Source: Chrysemys picta bellii
Lineage: Eukaryota
Direction: 5' to 3'
Assembly: GCF_011386835.1 (NCBI RefSeq)
Contig: NC_088808.1
Span: forward strand, 13,454,001 to 13,518,000
DNA length: 64,000 bases
Shown here: in pieces, positions 14,181 through 26,967 of the stretch
Layout: each line of letters begins with the position of its first letter
How positions within the stretch are numbered: position 1 is the first letter of the stretch
Position numbers and translations under genes: made by a program
The notes under the pieces: model-generated
Told to the model about the DNA's origin: nothing
Seen by the model: only the letters and a program-made list of their open reading frames with translations
The model's database searches: none

Positions 14181-17100
14181 CTACTGCAAAACACTTTTTC
14201 AAGGCTCTAGCTTAGTATTGGCAGGGCTTAGGTTTAAATTTGTTCTTTTCTATTCTTTCACCTATATGATGAGCATCCCCTTGAGGCAAACACATTAAGA
14301 CCAAGTTTTTGTACACATATAACTATGTTGGTTAGGGGTGTGGGGTTTTTTTTTATTGAAATAGTTATACCAGTACAATCCCTAGTGTGGCCACAGTTAT
14401 ACTGGCATGAAGGTACTTACACTGGTAGAGTTCCCCTTCCCATATGGGAATATCCTATTCCAGTATGAGCACATTTATGCCAGTAAAACTAGATCCTCCA
14501 TGGTGGGTTGTACCGCTTTAATTATACCGTATAGTTAAAACAGTACAAGTGTGTGTGGACAAGGCTTAAGACTCCTTACTCAGCATGGAAAGTATTCCAC
14601 CTTTGGAAGGGGCTTGATTTGGATATAAAAGTTTTTATGACGGAAGGAAGGTCTTATGCTTAGGTCTGGGACTAATAAAATGTTGGGTTGGTTCTCATTG
14701 CTGTGTGACTCTGGACAAGTCACTTAGCGGCACTGCATCTTAGTTCTTTCATCTAACAGTGATAATAGTTTCCTACTTCCTGGCATGTTGGAAGGCTTAG
14801 TTATCTCATGTCTTTAAAATACGTTGAGATCACTGGACAGGAGGGCATCTTTTTATTTAATGTATTTATTTATTTTGCCACGTGCCATAAAAGGAGAGTG
14901 AACATTTCTGGACTTTGGAAACAACTGTGTGAACTTTACCTTAGATGTCCCCATTTTCTTGCTTACAGACTCTCTATTTGGGAAACCCAATCTCAAATTA
15001 GATCAGCATCAAGTATCCCCATGCTTTACTCACTCCATCCAAGCAGTTCATCAAACACTGGCAGTCTGTAGGGCCAATTCATGCAGGCACTCTGAAGTAG
15101 CAAATAGGCATCGGGAACAAAAAGGGGAGGGTGACTCCATAAGATGTTGTCCTAGTGGTAGCACATCCACAGTAGCCAACGCTTAGGGATGACCAAAACT
15201 AAGCTTCTTGCCAGCTCTGAGGCCCCAGCATAAACCAGTCTGGGAAGATAAATGTCAGCTGCCCTTCTTCTATCAGTCTCATCCCACACCATTAGAGGAT
15301 TTTACCATCATCATCTGGTGTTAGTCACCATGCTGAGTCCTCAGCAGCAGAAGCACATATAGCAGCCACATAGACATCTGCTATTATAAATACAAGCTTT
15401 GCATTGTTGGGTAATCCGTTAACAGCAGAGTAAGTGATACTGGGAGAGTAATTAGCAGTGACTAGCGAACCATTGCACTCAGAAGAAGAAGTACTTGTTT
15501 GATAAGATATCAAACAAAATAACATTTATTGCATTCAGTGTAGTTCCTCTGTATTTTGAACAATTCAGCATACATTGAATGTTGGGGTTAGCAGAAGATG
15601 CTGGATTGGAAGCCCTAGAGACTGAAATCCTGTTTATCCATGGATCAGGTGTGATGTTAGTGAAACCATCTCCATTCTACCATGCTGATGTGATCTGGAG
15701 GAACTACCTCTAGAATTAAGAGGGGAGTTTAATCTTCATGACACATTCAGCCTTCAGCCTCTCTGCTGAAACACCCCCATCAAAAGGACCAGCTACTGTC
15801 AATTGTGTTGGTGTCGTTTGTTTTTGAATGTGGATAACTGTCCATGTGGAACTGGGCTGAGACCCACCAAACTCATTTCATATTGTGCACCAAACAGCTG
15901 TCAGGTGGTGATGACTCAATCTCACCCACAGCTTGATCCCAAAAAAACTGGTGACATAGGCTTCTCTATAGCAATGACCATGTTTTAATGTGTGTGGTCC
16001 CGCCATGTTATAACACAGATTCTTCCTTCCTGTCTGAACAGAAAAAAACCATGTCAAAATCATGTTAAGGGACCATGTTTTAGCCTAGATACCAGTGAAG
16101 ATTAAAACATGGCTCCCTAACTTGACTTTCTCTGTCCACACAAACAAGGAAAAAAATACCTTAGAACCTGGCTGGGTCACAGCCATATTTAAACACAATT
16201 GGTTTTGTAGTGTAGACTGGTACTTTCAGTGGCAAGAGGTTTCATATCTATTACCAATCCCCTGAGCCACCCAGCCACCTAATGGCATCATATGGAAGAA
16301 GTCAATAGTTCCCTTTGACGTGTTTTCCATTTTCTCTCCAATTATTTCCCTGAACGATTGTGTTTTCATCCTGTCCTGTCAGCTCCTATGTGGCTACCCT
16401 TCGTTACTTCATTATCCTAAAAGCTCTGGCACCATAATGTGCTACCATGGAGACAACTGATAGGATGCAGTGAAGTCACAAGCCCTACTGAGACAGAGGT
16501 CATCGGAAAATTATGGATAATAAAAATCAGTTCATTCACCCTCCATTAGGCAGCTACACTCTGCAGCTGTGCATTGGAGTCAGTGGAGTTACAATTTGTC
16601 CCCTTCTGCTTGCTAGAGCTAAAAGAAAGGAACTATTTGCTCTGATATTGTTCTTGCTCAATGGCCATACTTGGTACATCATTACAGCAGTCACCGTACA
16701 GAACTTCCGTAAAAGACAGATTTGACTCTCAGCATTCAGGGGTCATGGAAGCAACGAACCCAACAGGCTAACCAGGGTTTTGCTCAGTAACAGTTCTGGG
16801 AACCCCTTTTCTCTTCTCAACAGGTTTGATCACAGTAGGTTGTAAGCTCTTTGGGGCAGAAACCATCTTTTTGTTCTGTGTTTGTACAGCACCTAGCACA
16901 ATGGGGTCCTGGTCCATGATGGGAGCTCCTAGGTGCTGAGGTAATACAAATAAATAATACTTATAGCTGAGGCTTCTGGAAGTCCTTCCCTCACCAAGAT
17001 TCCCAGGAACACTTAATCAGAATGGGATCTCTGATAGGTTCTAAAATAGACCATTGAAAATCAGCAAGCGAGAATCTCAGGCTCTTTTGAATATGCAACG

Positions 17101-18511
17101 ATGGGAGGTTTTGTTTAAACAACTACTCTGATTCTTGCTCTGTTTTCTTTTCCCCGGAAGCAAAAGTGGCATCTCCCTAATGCACACTGTCTCTCATGGC
17201 TCAGGGACACCGGGGCCCCTGTACAGCATATTGGACCATTCTGTTCATATACCACCAAAGATGGAGCTATTCAGGCTCATTACAGGCTCTTTCAATGATA
17301 AAAGAGTTATAAAAATAATTTTGTTAGTAGATGTCACAGTGCAAGGACTAGAGGGGGCAAAAGAGAAAGAGAGAGAGCGCCCACGCAACAAAGCAGGGAA
17401 AGAAGAGGGAGAATACAGTTTGTGGAAGAAAATAATCTAACACTCTGTCACAGCAGTAGTTCCTCCTAGGGAAATCAGCAGCAACCTGCATCCTGGTCAT
17501 AGAGGATAGCAGAGCCTAATAAGGAAGGATTATAGCAAGGGCCACAATAGCTTAACCAAGCTACAAACAAGCTCAGGATGCACTCCAGGTGTTGTGTATA
17601 TGTGTGTGCAGACACCTTCCCTGGTCACCTGCTATTTGTTGAAGCTGCTGGTGATTATTGTGAAGGTCACATGAAGGGAAAGCACCAGAATATTACTGTC
17701 ACAAAATGGTAGCACCCAGGGAGTTGAGCACATAGGGGAATAACCACTGCTTTTTCGGCTTCTCCTCCCAGATCCTGACATGGCATCCACCATGGAGGAC
17801 AGAGAAGGGGGGAGGGATGAAATTGAACTTAAACTCCACAGCTGCTCAGCCTCACAACAAGCACATCCATCTTTAGGTGCCTATGTAGCGTTCAAGGCAT
17901 GTCCTGTATCTACCCAGACACAATCAGGAGCAGAGGACATGCTATGTGACCCTAGTCTTCCTAGCATTTCACCTTGGGGGATTCTACAGGGTGAAATTTA
18001 TAACAAATAAGAAATCTAGTCTTGATGGATCTGTTCAGATCACAATGGCTGGTATTTAACAGGGTTTGTATACAGTTATTTATCTGCACACACAATATTA
18101 ACTGATCAGTATTTTTTAGAATCACCATAGAGAATACATTGCCAAAAATGATGCAGAAGCGGTATCATTTTTGGCTCTGGCTTGCAGGTCTCTAATGTGT
18201 GATAAAAATAAAGGACACCCCAGAATGTGGCTATTTTTCTCTGACATTTCTATCCCTGACATTACATAACATATGGACCCTTTGTCTGTGCTTTACTGGG
18301 TTTCCCTGAATTTTCTGTACATTCTGTACAACCATCTATGTTATTCATTCTCTCCTTGAAGCAGTGTCTTCCTCCCCTATTCCTCATCCTCCCCCCACCC
18401 TGCCAGTGCCCAGCAGCAATTGTCCTCCAGCAGCGGGGGGTGAGGGGAGACATCCTACCATCCTGGCTCCTTGCTCATCCCCAGGATTCTGTCTTCTTGT
18501 ATTTAGCTCCC

Positions 18512-18537
18512 ATAAATAAATAAATAAATAAATAAAT
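18512..18537. repeat. (AAAT)n microsatellite
   Basis: About 6 perfect units. Confidence 0.9.
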
Positions 18538-19151
18538 GATTTAGGATTAAAACCATTAAATCTCCTGTGATGTGGACAACACATCAGTTCAGTTCCTTCC
18601 TACTCCCTCTCCACCCCCAAACAAATGGCTTCTTTTGTGCATTAGTCACTCCAAAAGCAGGATTTGTCTGGTGCTGCATCCTCCTCTCAACCTCTTTCAC
18701 ACACACTCCCCCCGCCCCACCAAGCAATATGTTGCCCAGCATTGATCTGCTTTGATCAGTTCCCAATCAGATATTACCATTTCAAAGCGGACATTTATAC
18801 ACACACATGCACTTCTAATCTTATGCTGAGGGGAGGGCTCTCCTGCTAGTGAAGGTGACAATCAAGGGAATGTCACCGGTCACAGAGACTCCTGATTTCT
18901 GCATTGTAGGGTGCAGTGCAATTCCGGCACTAGAATGTGTGTATGTAGCAGGGGCTGGGATGATCCTTTTCCAGTATGAATCCCAAGTTCAGAGGAGCAA
19001 GATCAGCGCTCCCCCCCGCCCCCCCCCCCGCCTGTCCTGGATTGCACTGCATTAAGCGTTGCATTGCATGTCCATTGAGCAATGCATTGCACAACAGAGA
19101 TGCATCAGGGACATCAGCCCCCATAACATCCCCTATATTTGAAAAGTCTTA

Positions 19152-19700
<549 letters not shown>

Positions 19701-21662
19701 GTGTCTTTAGGGTACCTGCCTCCGTAGCCTGGGATCTGCTCCCAAGCAGGGACACTATGAATAAGGGAGGCTTCCAGTGTCTCACGGAAACACAACACAA
19801 TCTTCCATCACAAGAGAGGGGTTCAAAATTGGCATTAAAATCAACGCTCCAAAATGTGAAATCTGGAGGGTCTGAATAATCCCTGATGTATTTGTAATGA
19901 AGAAGCCAAGAATATTTCACTCCTCCCAAACCGCAGTACCACACAAAAAATCAGTGTTGACTTGAAATATTCAAGAGACACTGCAAATTAATAGCTAAAT
20001 ATATATTTTAAATAATATCTCTCTAAATAATCTCTGTTCTTGTAAGTGCCCTTACCTAGTTTACTCATCACTAAAGTATACGTTTATTTATTTATTTTAT
20101 TTTACTTTTAATTTACTTTTCACTGTTGCTCCTGTTTGATCTTTGCTTTTTGCATTTCCCAGAGCATGGACAAGGAAGAAATCCATTTCACTTTTGTTCC
20201 CAGTCAATTTCCATTTCTGGTTGTAATGCACTAGCACATTGCTTCTATGTTTGATTTACCAAAAATGCAGGGAAATGTTTTATGTGTTTCCACTGATTTT
20301 TTTTAAAGCCTCAGATAATAAAGAGGAAATGTTTGGCTTAGTTTGCAAAATAATGTTTTTACAAAAGTAATATTTAGGGGCATAATTAACCTGAAAGTGT
20401 CCTTGGTGAAAACAAAAATATTTCTTACAGGTCAGGGTCAAAATAATTTCACTCTGTCCATGTTGATGTTTGCAGTCCTCTCCCCTTCCCCCCTCCCCCT
20501 CCAATCTTGATAGGAAAGCTGCCATTTACCAGAGCTTTGCTGTAATCAACAATTCTAACATTTACATAACATTGATTGTATTTGATTGCAGCTATCAACA
20601 CTTTTTGCTAGCAATAGCACCATCAAACTATCCGAATATTGGACCCCTATCTGTCTGTTTAACATACTAAACAGGCATTTCACTCTGAGTGAGCCTATGT
20701 TCCAGAAATCATCACTTAGGATCGTTCTGTTCCCCGTGAGATCTGAAATTAAATTAAAACATTTGTGTTTCTCTTCGAAAAGGCTTGCAAAAGAACATTG
20801 AAAGTGCATTGTGTCAGCAATTGACATTCATGCCTTAAAAAAACAATCTGACTAATATAACCAGAGGAAGGGAGAGAAGACTGGGATGCAACCACAGGAT
20901 TGCTTATGAGTTCTCACTCAGGTATTCTTACTTTCAGATTTATTTTTCATGAAATTAGAATTTAAATTACTGATAATCTTCGGCTCTCAAGCCACACACA
21001 CACAACTTTTGTGGAGTCTGCAGGTCTGATGTGAGCTCTTTATACCCTGCCTCATTTCAGGACGAGTGATGAACATTCTGATCACAAAAGCTATTGTACC
21101 TGATACAGTTGAGGCAGTAGGGGGCAAGAGGAGTGCTGGGGAAACTATCAAGAGTAGCAGGTGCCTTCTCCATGCAGACAAGAAACTAGGGCAGGGGAGA
21201 AGGAAAGAGTGAAAAATCTGCAGAAAATGTCAGAAAATTGTGTTGATGCTTTCATTCGAAATCTGTAAATTATCACTAACATTACACTGAAAGCTGCACA
21301 GAACATGGTGCCTTTTACCCAGTTTTCAGATGCACTTGTAAATGAGGAGGCAATATTGGTATGCAACATTACAGATGTAAGGATTCATTAATATTGCCAC
21401 ATAGTGAGTCTATCTAACCACTTCTGCAAGAATTCTTGTCATGTAAATCATAGACAGCAAAGCGGGAGCCCCAAGTACAAATATGAAAGAACCTGTGGTC
21501 TGATTTTAAGAGGTAATGATCACCCGCACCTCCCATTGGTGTCAATTAGAGTTGCGGGTAATCAGCACCTCTCAAATTCAGATCCCTCATTTTCTGCTTC
21601 TGTAAGAGACTGTTCATTGCAAGGGTATCTGCTGAGTGTCAAGGTGTGATGGTGCAGGCCTT

Positions 21663-21805
21663 ATATCAGAGGGGTAGCCTGTTAGTCTGAATCTGTAAAA
21701 AGCAACAGAGGGTCCTGTGGCACCTTTAAGACTAACAGAAGTATTGGGAGCATAAGCTTTCGTGGGTAAGAACCTCACTTCTTGCATCTGAGACCCTCTG
21801 TTGCT
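21663..21805. mobile_element. Penelope-like element, short non-autonomous copy A
   Basis: ATCAGAGGGGTAGCC...GTGGCACCTTTAAGACTAAC...CATAAGCTTTCGTGGG, flanked by a 13-bp direct repeat TGGTGCAGGCCTT at 21650-21662 and 21806-21818. Confidence 0.8.
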
Positions 21806-23055
21806 TGGTGCAGGCCTTGTGACTCCAAAGCATCTCCTTGCTTGATGACTTATACAGCAGTTTGTAGCAGTAGTTTAAAAAAAAGAGCTATGTGAACATC
21901 CTGTATAGCAAATACTGGAGGAAAAGAGAGACTTGGAAATAAGTAGGAGATTTCCAAGCAGGAATAGACAGAGAAAACTCCAATTTCTTTCTAGGCTAGA
22001 AAGCCCTGTTTGGGACATGCAAATAAAGAGAAAAGGAAAGAGAAAGAAATTATTTCTTTAACGTGTTTTAAATTATCTAGGGCCACATTTTCAAATTAAT
22101 TTCTATAAATGCACCTGTGGATAAATGTGCTCATATTTGCAGGTCCATCTATTTCCATGCAAGCATGTAGCGAGGTGCACTGGTTTTGTGGGAGTAAATC
22201 CCCATTAGCTCATGCAACCAGACCTGCCCACAGATATTGTTAGTGCAGTTTGAAAGCCCTTGTTTGAAACTATACCCCTTAAAAAGTGATCCATCTGACC
22301 AAGTAGCTAGCAGAGTGCACCTCCACAAGACAGGGAGCTGCCTCTCGCTCCTCAGACCTGTGGAGACAATGCACTCACTCCCCTGGGGAAGAAAGTGCCC
22401 AGACCCAGGGCTAGAATGCACAGGCAAACTAGGCACATGCCCAGGGCCCAAATTCATTTAGGGAGGGGATGAAAATTGCAGTGCCACTCACTCAAATTAG
22501 GCCAGTGCCAAACTGAGGAGGAACAGGATTGTCACCAATACCATGTTTATCAATATAGGAGTGAGTGGTGCTGTGAAATGATGCTTGGGCTCCCCATATC
22601 TACCATAATTACTGGACCACCAGAAGGTTTGCCATGCCCCTATCTCGCCCTCCCCCACATCTGATGGGCACACACCCTCAGAAGATAACTTCTGTTCTAG
22701 CGGGTAAGAGGGGGGTGGCACGCTGAAGTTTTACTTAGGATAGCAGATTGTCTTGAGTGGTCTATGTTTATGTTGGAGCAAGTGCAACATAAGTGCAACA
22801 TCAGCTGTTCGTTGTTATTCAGATTAGAAGGCAGGGGCCCATGTACATTTATGTTTGCCTAGTGCCCAGTGAGGGGTTAATCCAGCCCTGCCCAGACCAA
22901 ACCAAACAAAAAGAGTGGACACTATTCCAATTTGGCCTATGTGTCTCCTGCTCACTAACAGTTAATTTTTACATGTGTTGAGCACCCACAGCTCCCATTG
23001 ACTTCAGCTGGAGCTGTGACCGTTCAGCACTTCAGACCATCAGGTGATAGAGTAA

Positions 23056-24073
23056 TAGGGTTGCTAGGTGTCCAGTTTTCGACCGGAACACCTGGTGGAA
23101 AAGGGATCCTGGCAGCGGTGCCGACTGGGCCATTAAAAGGCTGGTCAGCAGCACAGCGGGGGCCCGGGGCTAAGGCAGGCTCCCTGCATGCCCTAGCTCC
23201 GTGTGGCTCCCGGAAGCAGCCGCCAGGTCCCTGCAGCCCCTAGACACATGGGCCGGCAGGGAGGCTCCACGCGCTGCCCCCATCCCCAGGGCCAACTCCA
23301 CAGCTCCCATTGACCAGGAACCACAACCAATGGAGTTGCGGGGGCGGTACCTGCGGGCGCGAGGGCAGCGTGTGGTGTCTCCCTGGCCACCCATGCGTCT
23401 AGGGGCTGCAGGGACTGGCGTCCACTGCCTGGGAGCCACGGTAAGCACTGCCGGGACCCCGTACCACAACCCCCTGTCCCAACCTGGAGTCCCCTCTCAC
23501 ATCCACACTCCCTCTTGGAGCCCACCCCCCAAAACACCCCAACCTCCTGCCCTATCCCCCTCCTGCACTCCAAACCCCTTATCCCCAGATGGACTCCAGA
23601 ACCCACACCCCCAGCCGGAGCCCTCACCCCCCTGCACTTCAACCACCTGCCCCAGCCCAGAGCCCCCTCCTACACCCCAAACCCCTCATCCCTGGCCCCA
23701 CCCCAGAGCCCTCACCCCCCTGCACCCCAACCACCTGCCCCAGCCCAGAGCCCCCTCCTGCACCCCAATCCCTCATCTCCAGCTCCACCCCTGAGTCCTC
23801 ACCCCCCTACACCCCAACCACCTGCCCCAGCCCAGACCCCCCTCCTGCACCCCAAACCCCTCATCCCTGGCCCCACCCCAGAGCCCACACCCATAGCTGG
23901 AGCCCTCACCACCTCCCGCACCCCAATTCCCTGCCCCAGCCTTATGCAAGTGAGTAAGAGTGGGGGAGAGTGAGTGATGGAGGGAAGGGTGATGGAGCAA
24001 GCAGGGGCTAGGCCTCAGTGAAGGGGCGTGGCAGGGTGTTTGGTTTTGTGTGATTAGAAAGTTGGCAACCCTA
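23056..24073. mobile_element. Non-autonomous hAT DNA transposon with C-rich internal subrepeats
   Basis: TIRs TAGGGTTGC ... GGCAACCCTA and 8-bp TSD TAGAGTAA at 23048-23055 and 24074-24081. Confidence 0.9.
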
Positions 24074-24378
24074 TAGAGTAACCGTACACCAGGTGGTTCA
24101 TGTTCTTGAGCCTGTGTGCATCCAGGAGACTTCTATAAATAAACATAAGAATATAAACACTGATGAAGGGTTGGGGGAACAGGATTGAGCAAGCAGGGGC
24201 GGGGCCTCGGTGAAGGGGCGGGGCGGGGTGTTTGGTTTTGTGTGATTAGAAAGTTGGCAACCCTATAGAGTAACCGTACACCAGGTGGTTCATGTTCTTG
24301 AGCCTGTGTGCATCCAGGAGACTTCTATAAATAAACATAAGAATATAAACACTGATGAAGGGTTGGGGGAACAGGATT
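23995..24378. repeat. 192-bp direct tandem duplication
   Basis: Units 23995-24186 and 24187-24378; 5 mismatches, all in the first ~40 bp. Confidence 0.92.
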
Positions 24379-24910
24379 GCCACTAGGTTTATCAATATAA
24401 GAGAATATATATACACACAAACACACATGCACTTTTAAAGTGCCTATTCTGTGCTACCGCACTTTGAGCAGATGCTCTGAGTTATTCAAAAGGAGAGGAA
24501 TTTCTGTCTTTCAAGGTGGTTGCAATAAGAACAGTTATCTGGAATGGATGCATCCCATAATTTTTTATGTTTTCAAATATGTAGTTTGCCATTTAGGAAA
24601 ATCACATGAAATACATGCTCTGTTACACTTCACTTCTGAAACAGGAAATTTGTTGAACCAACTTTATACACCTTCACCTGCTCACAAAAAAAGTTTTAAA
24701 AGGGTAAATACTTTACAAGACACTGAGTCAAATTTATCCCTTGTGCAACTCCACTGAAGTCGGGATCTAAGCAAGAAAACAATAAGTTGAATGATATGGT
24801 CCAAAACAAAAGGGATTTGGACAAGAATAGATGTTTAGGTAAGTGATTAATATTTTCAGGGTTCCGAGGAAAAAGCAGTATGTAATCATGTAGTTAAAGA
24901 GTATCACAAT

Positions 24911-25339
24911 CAGGGCTGGCTCCAGGCACCAGCTGAGCAAGCTGGTGCTTGGGGCGGCAGATTGTTCGAGGAGGCATTCTGCCCAATCCTAGGGCGGCAC
25001 GGCCGCTTTTGTTGTTGTTGTTCTTGTTCTGCTCCGGCCGCCCTGTAGGGGGCGGCGGCGTGGAGAACCAGAGCGCCCTGCAGGGCAGTCCTCTTCCTTC
25101 CCTCCCCGCCGACCGGAGCGGAGCCCTCGCGGCAGGCGGCAGGAGGCGGCGCAGCGGGGGGGGGGGGCATTTGGCAGCGCCGCTGCTGTAGCCCTGGCCA
25201 CCCCCTTCTCTCTCTCTCCCGCCCGCTTCCTCCCCCTCCCCCACCACCAGCCGGTCCCCCTGCACCCACGCTCCGGCCGCGCTGCAGGTTTTTTGTTTTT
25301 TGTTTGCTTGGCGTGGCCAAAAAGCCAGAGCCGGCCCTG
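24911..25339. mobile_element. Non-autonomous hAT DNA transposon, CpG-rich
   Basis: TIRs CAGGGCTGGCTC ... GAGCCGGCCCTG and 8-bp TSD ATCACAAT at 24903-24910 and 25340-25347. Confidence 0.9.
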
Positions 25340-25399
25340 ATCACAATACATATGCACCATGGGGACAATTAGAACCCTAAATAGGGGCCACTGCCAGCT

Positions 25400-25700
25400 C
25401 TCCCAGTCATTTATCATCATAACACCCATAACATCTGTGACATAAAGAAGTGCTTTTATCCTCATTGTGGGAAATGGGGAACTGAAGCACATGCAGATTT
25501 ATAAAGGTATTCAGGTGCCTAAAAATGCAGATAGATGCCTACTGGGGAATTCAGAAGTGTTTAGGTGCTTCTGAAAATCCCACTAGGCACCTAAATACCC
25601 TTACAATCTGGTCCTAAGTGACTTGCCCAAAGTCACACATGAAGTCTGCAGCAGAGTATGGAATAGAGCCTGGTTCTTCTGAGTCCCAGGCTTGTGCCCA
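25400..25700 (-). mobile_element. MIR-like SINE interrupted by a MITE (about 25490-25615)
   Basis: GAAATGGGGAACTGAAGCACA and AGTGACTTGCCCAAAGTCACAC halves are separated by AGGTGCCTAA...TAGGCACCT inverted-repeat sequence. Confidence 0.6.
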
Positions 25701-26755
25701 AACTACTGGGTCAGCCATTCTCTCTAACCAAAGTCTCTAGGACACTGATACTCAGACTGCAGCTTGTGAGCCACAAGTGGCTCTTGAATGTGACTCTTTG
25801 CAGCACGTGATATTAAAACACTATGTGATTTAATTATTAACCAATGAGGATCCTTTTTGTATGTTATTAATCAATTAAGTAAGTTATTAACCAAGCAGGA
25901 TGATTTTACTATGATCATGTGTTTCCTTACTCATGAAGAGGAGTTGAATATATAGTACAGTAGTAACTTAAATAATGAATTCACACTACTGTAGCTCCTT
26001 GGGGGTAATGTTGATAATTAATTTGGCTCCTGAAGCACTGAGGTCTGAGTATCACTGCTCTAGGATCTTCTTACAAGGGCTTTTTCCTGCTCTTCCATCA
26101 CTGCAAATTATTCGGCCCTGGCAGTTTTTGCAGTAGGGTAATTATGGTGGAGGAAAAGGATCAGTTATGTGGAGCAATGTGAAAAAGCCTCCATATAAAT
26201 TTTCGCACGACTGTTTCCTGGGACAAAACTTAAACCACAAAGATTAACAGGAGTGTGTTTTTGAGCCATTAATGATTGGCTTAAGGAGTCTAGGCATTAA
26301 CACAGCTACCCATTAAGGGCCAGGATCTCCAAATAGACTATTATAAAATCATATAAAAAAGTCAAAAGAAAACAAAAACCAGCTAGGGACCAATCCTGCA
26401 ACCATGGGTCTTGCAAAAGTCTTTACTTGTGTGAGTAGTCTCACTGAAGTCAATGAGACCATTCACACGACTAAGGGCTTTTCACATGAGTAATTATTGC
26501 AGGATTGCTCCCTAGTACAGTAAACAGCGAACAATCAGGACTTCAGTCTTATTGTCCCACTAGATTGAGTCTAAAGAGAAAATGAGAGTTCACAGCACTT
26601 CTTTCAGCCAAAGGTCTCAGATACTGGACACATATTTCAAATGAGTTTATTAGAAGAGTTGCCACACCACAGGAGAGGTTTGCTTCACACTGTCACTAGA
26701 AAGCACCTAAACTTGCTAGAAAATCTTGTAGATCAAAATAAATTCTCACAAGAAT

Positions 26756-26967
26756 AGTATCAGAGGGGTAGCCATGTTAGTCTGAATCTGTAAAAAGCAA
26801 CAGAGGGTCCTGTGGCACCTTTAAGACTAACAGAAGTATTGGGAGCATAAGCTTTCGTGGGTAAGAACCTCACTTCTTCAGATGCAAGAAGCGAGGGTCT
26901 TACCCACGAAAGCTTATGCTCCCAATACTTCTGTTAGTCTTAAAGGTGCCACAGGACCCTCTGTTGC
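26756..26967. mobile_element. Penelope-like element, hairpin copy B
   Basis: Same sequence family as copy A, with an 83-bp inverted repeat and 13-bp direct repeat TTCTCACAAGAAT at 26743-26755 and 26968-26980. Confidence 0.85.
26845..26885 (-). ncRNA. Minimal type I hammerhead ribozyme motif (Penelope-associated, dimer type)
   Basis: GCAT-CTGAAGA-A-GTGAGG-TTCTTA-CCCAC-GAAA-GCT-T-ATGC: conserved CUGANGA and GAAA cores, stem I GCAT/ATGC, stem II, and palindromic AGCT helix III. Confidence 0.6.

Noticed and set aside
20470-21400. Short ORFs and an acceptor-like site (TTTCAG at 21060) between DNM1 and CIZ1
   Set aside because: No recognisable protein family and no consistent exon chain. A lncRNA cannot be excluded without RNA data.
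23170-24000. Proline-rich ORFs of 122-197 aa
   Set aside because: They lie inside a TIR/TSD-bounded hAT element with C-rich subrepeats and show no transposase similarity.
24894-25492. ORFs of 123-167 aa
   Set aside because: GC-rich hAT interior; low-complexity products.
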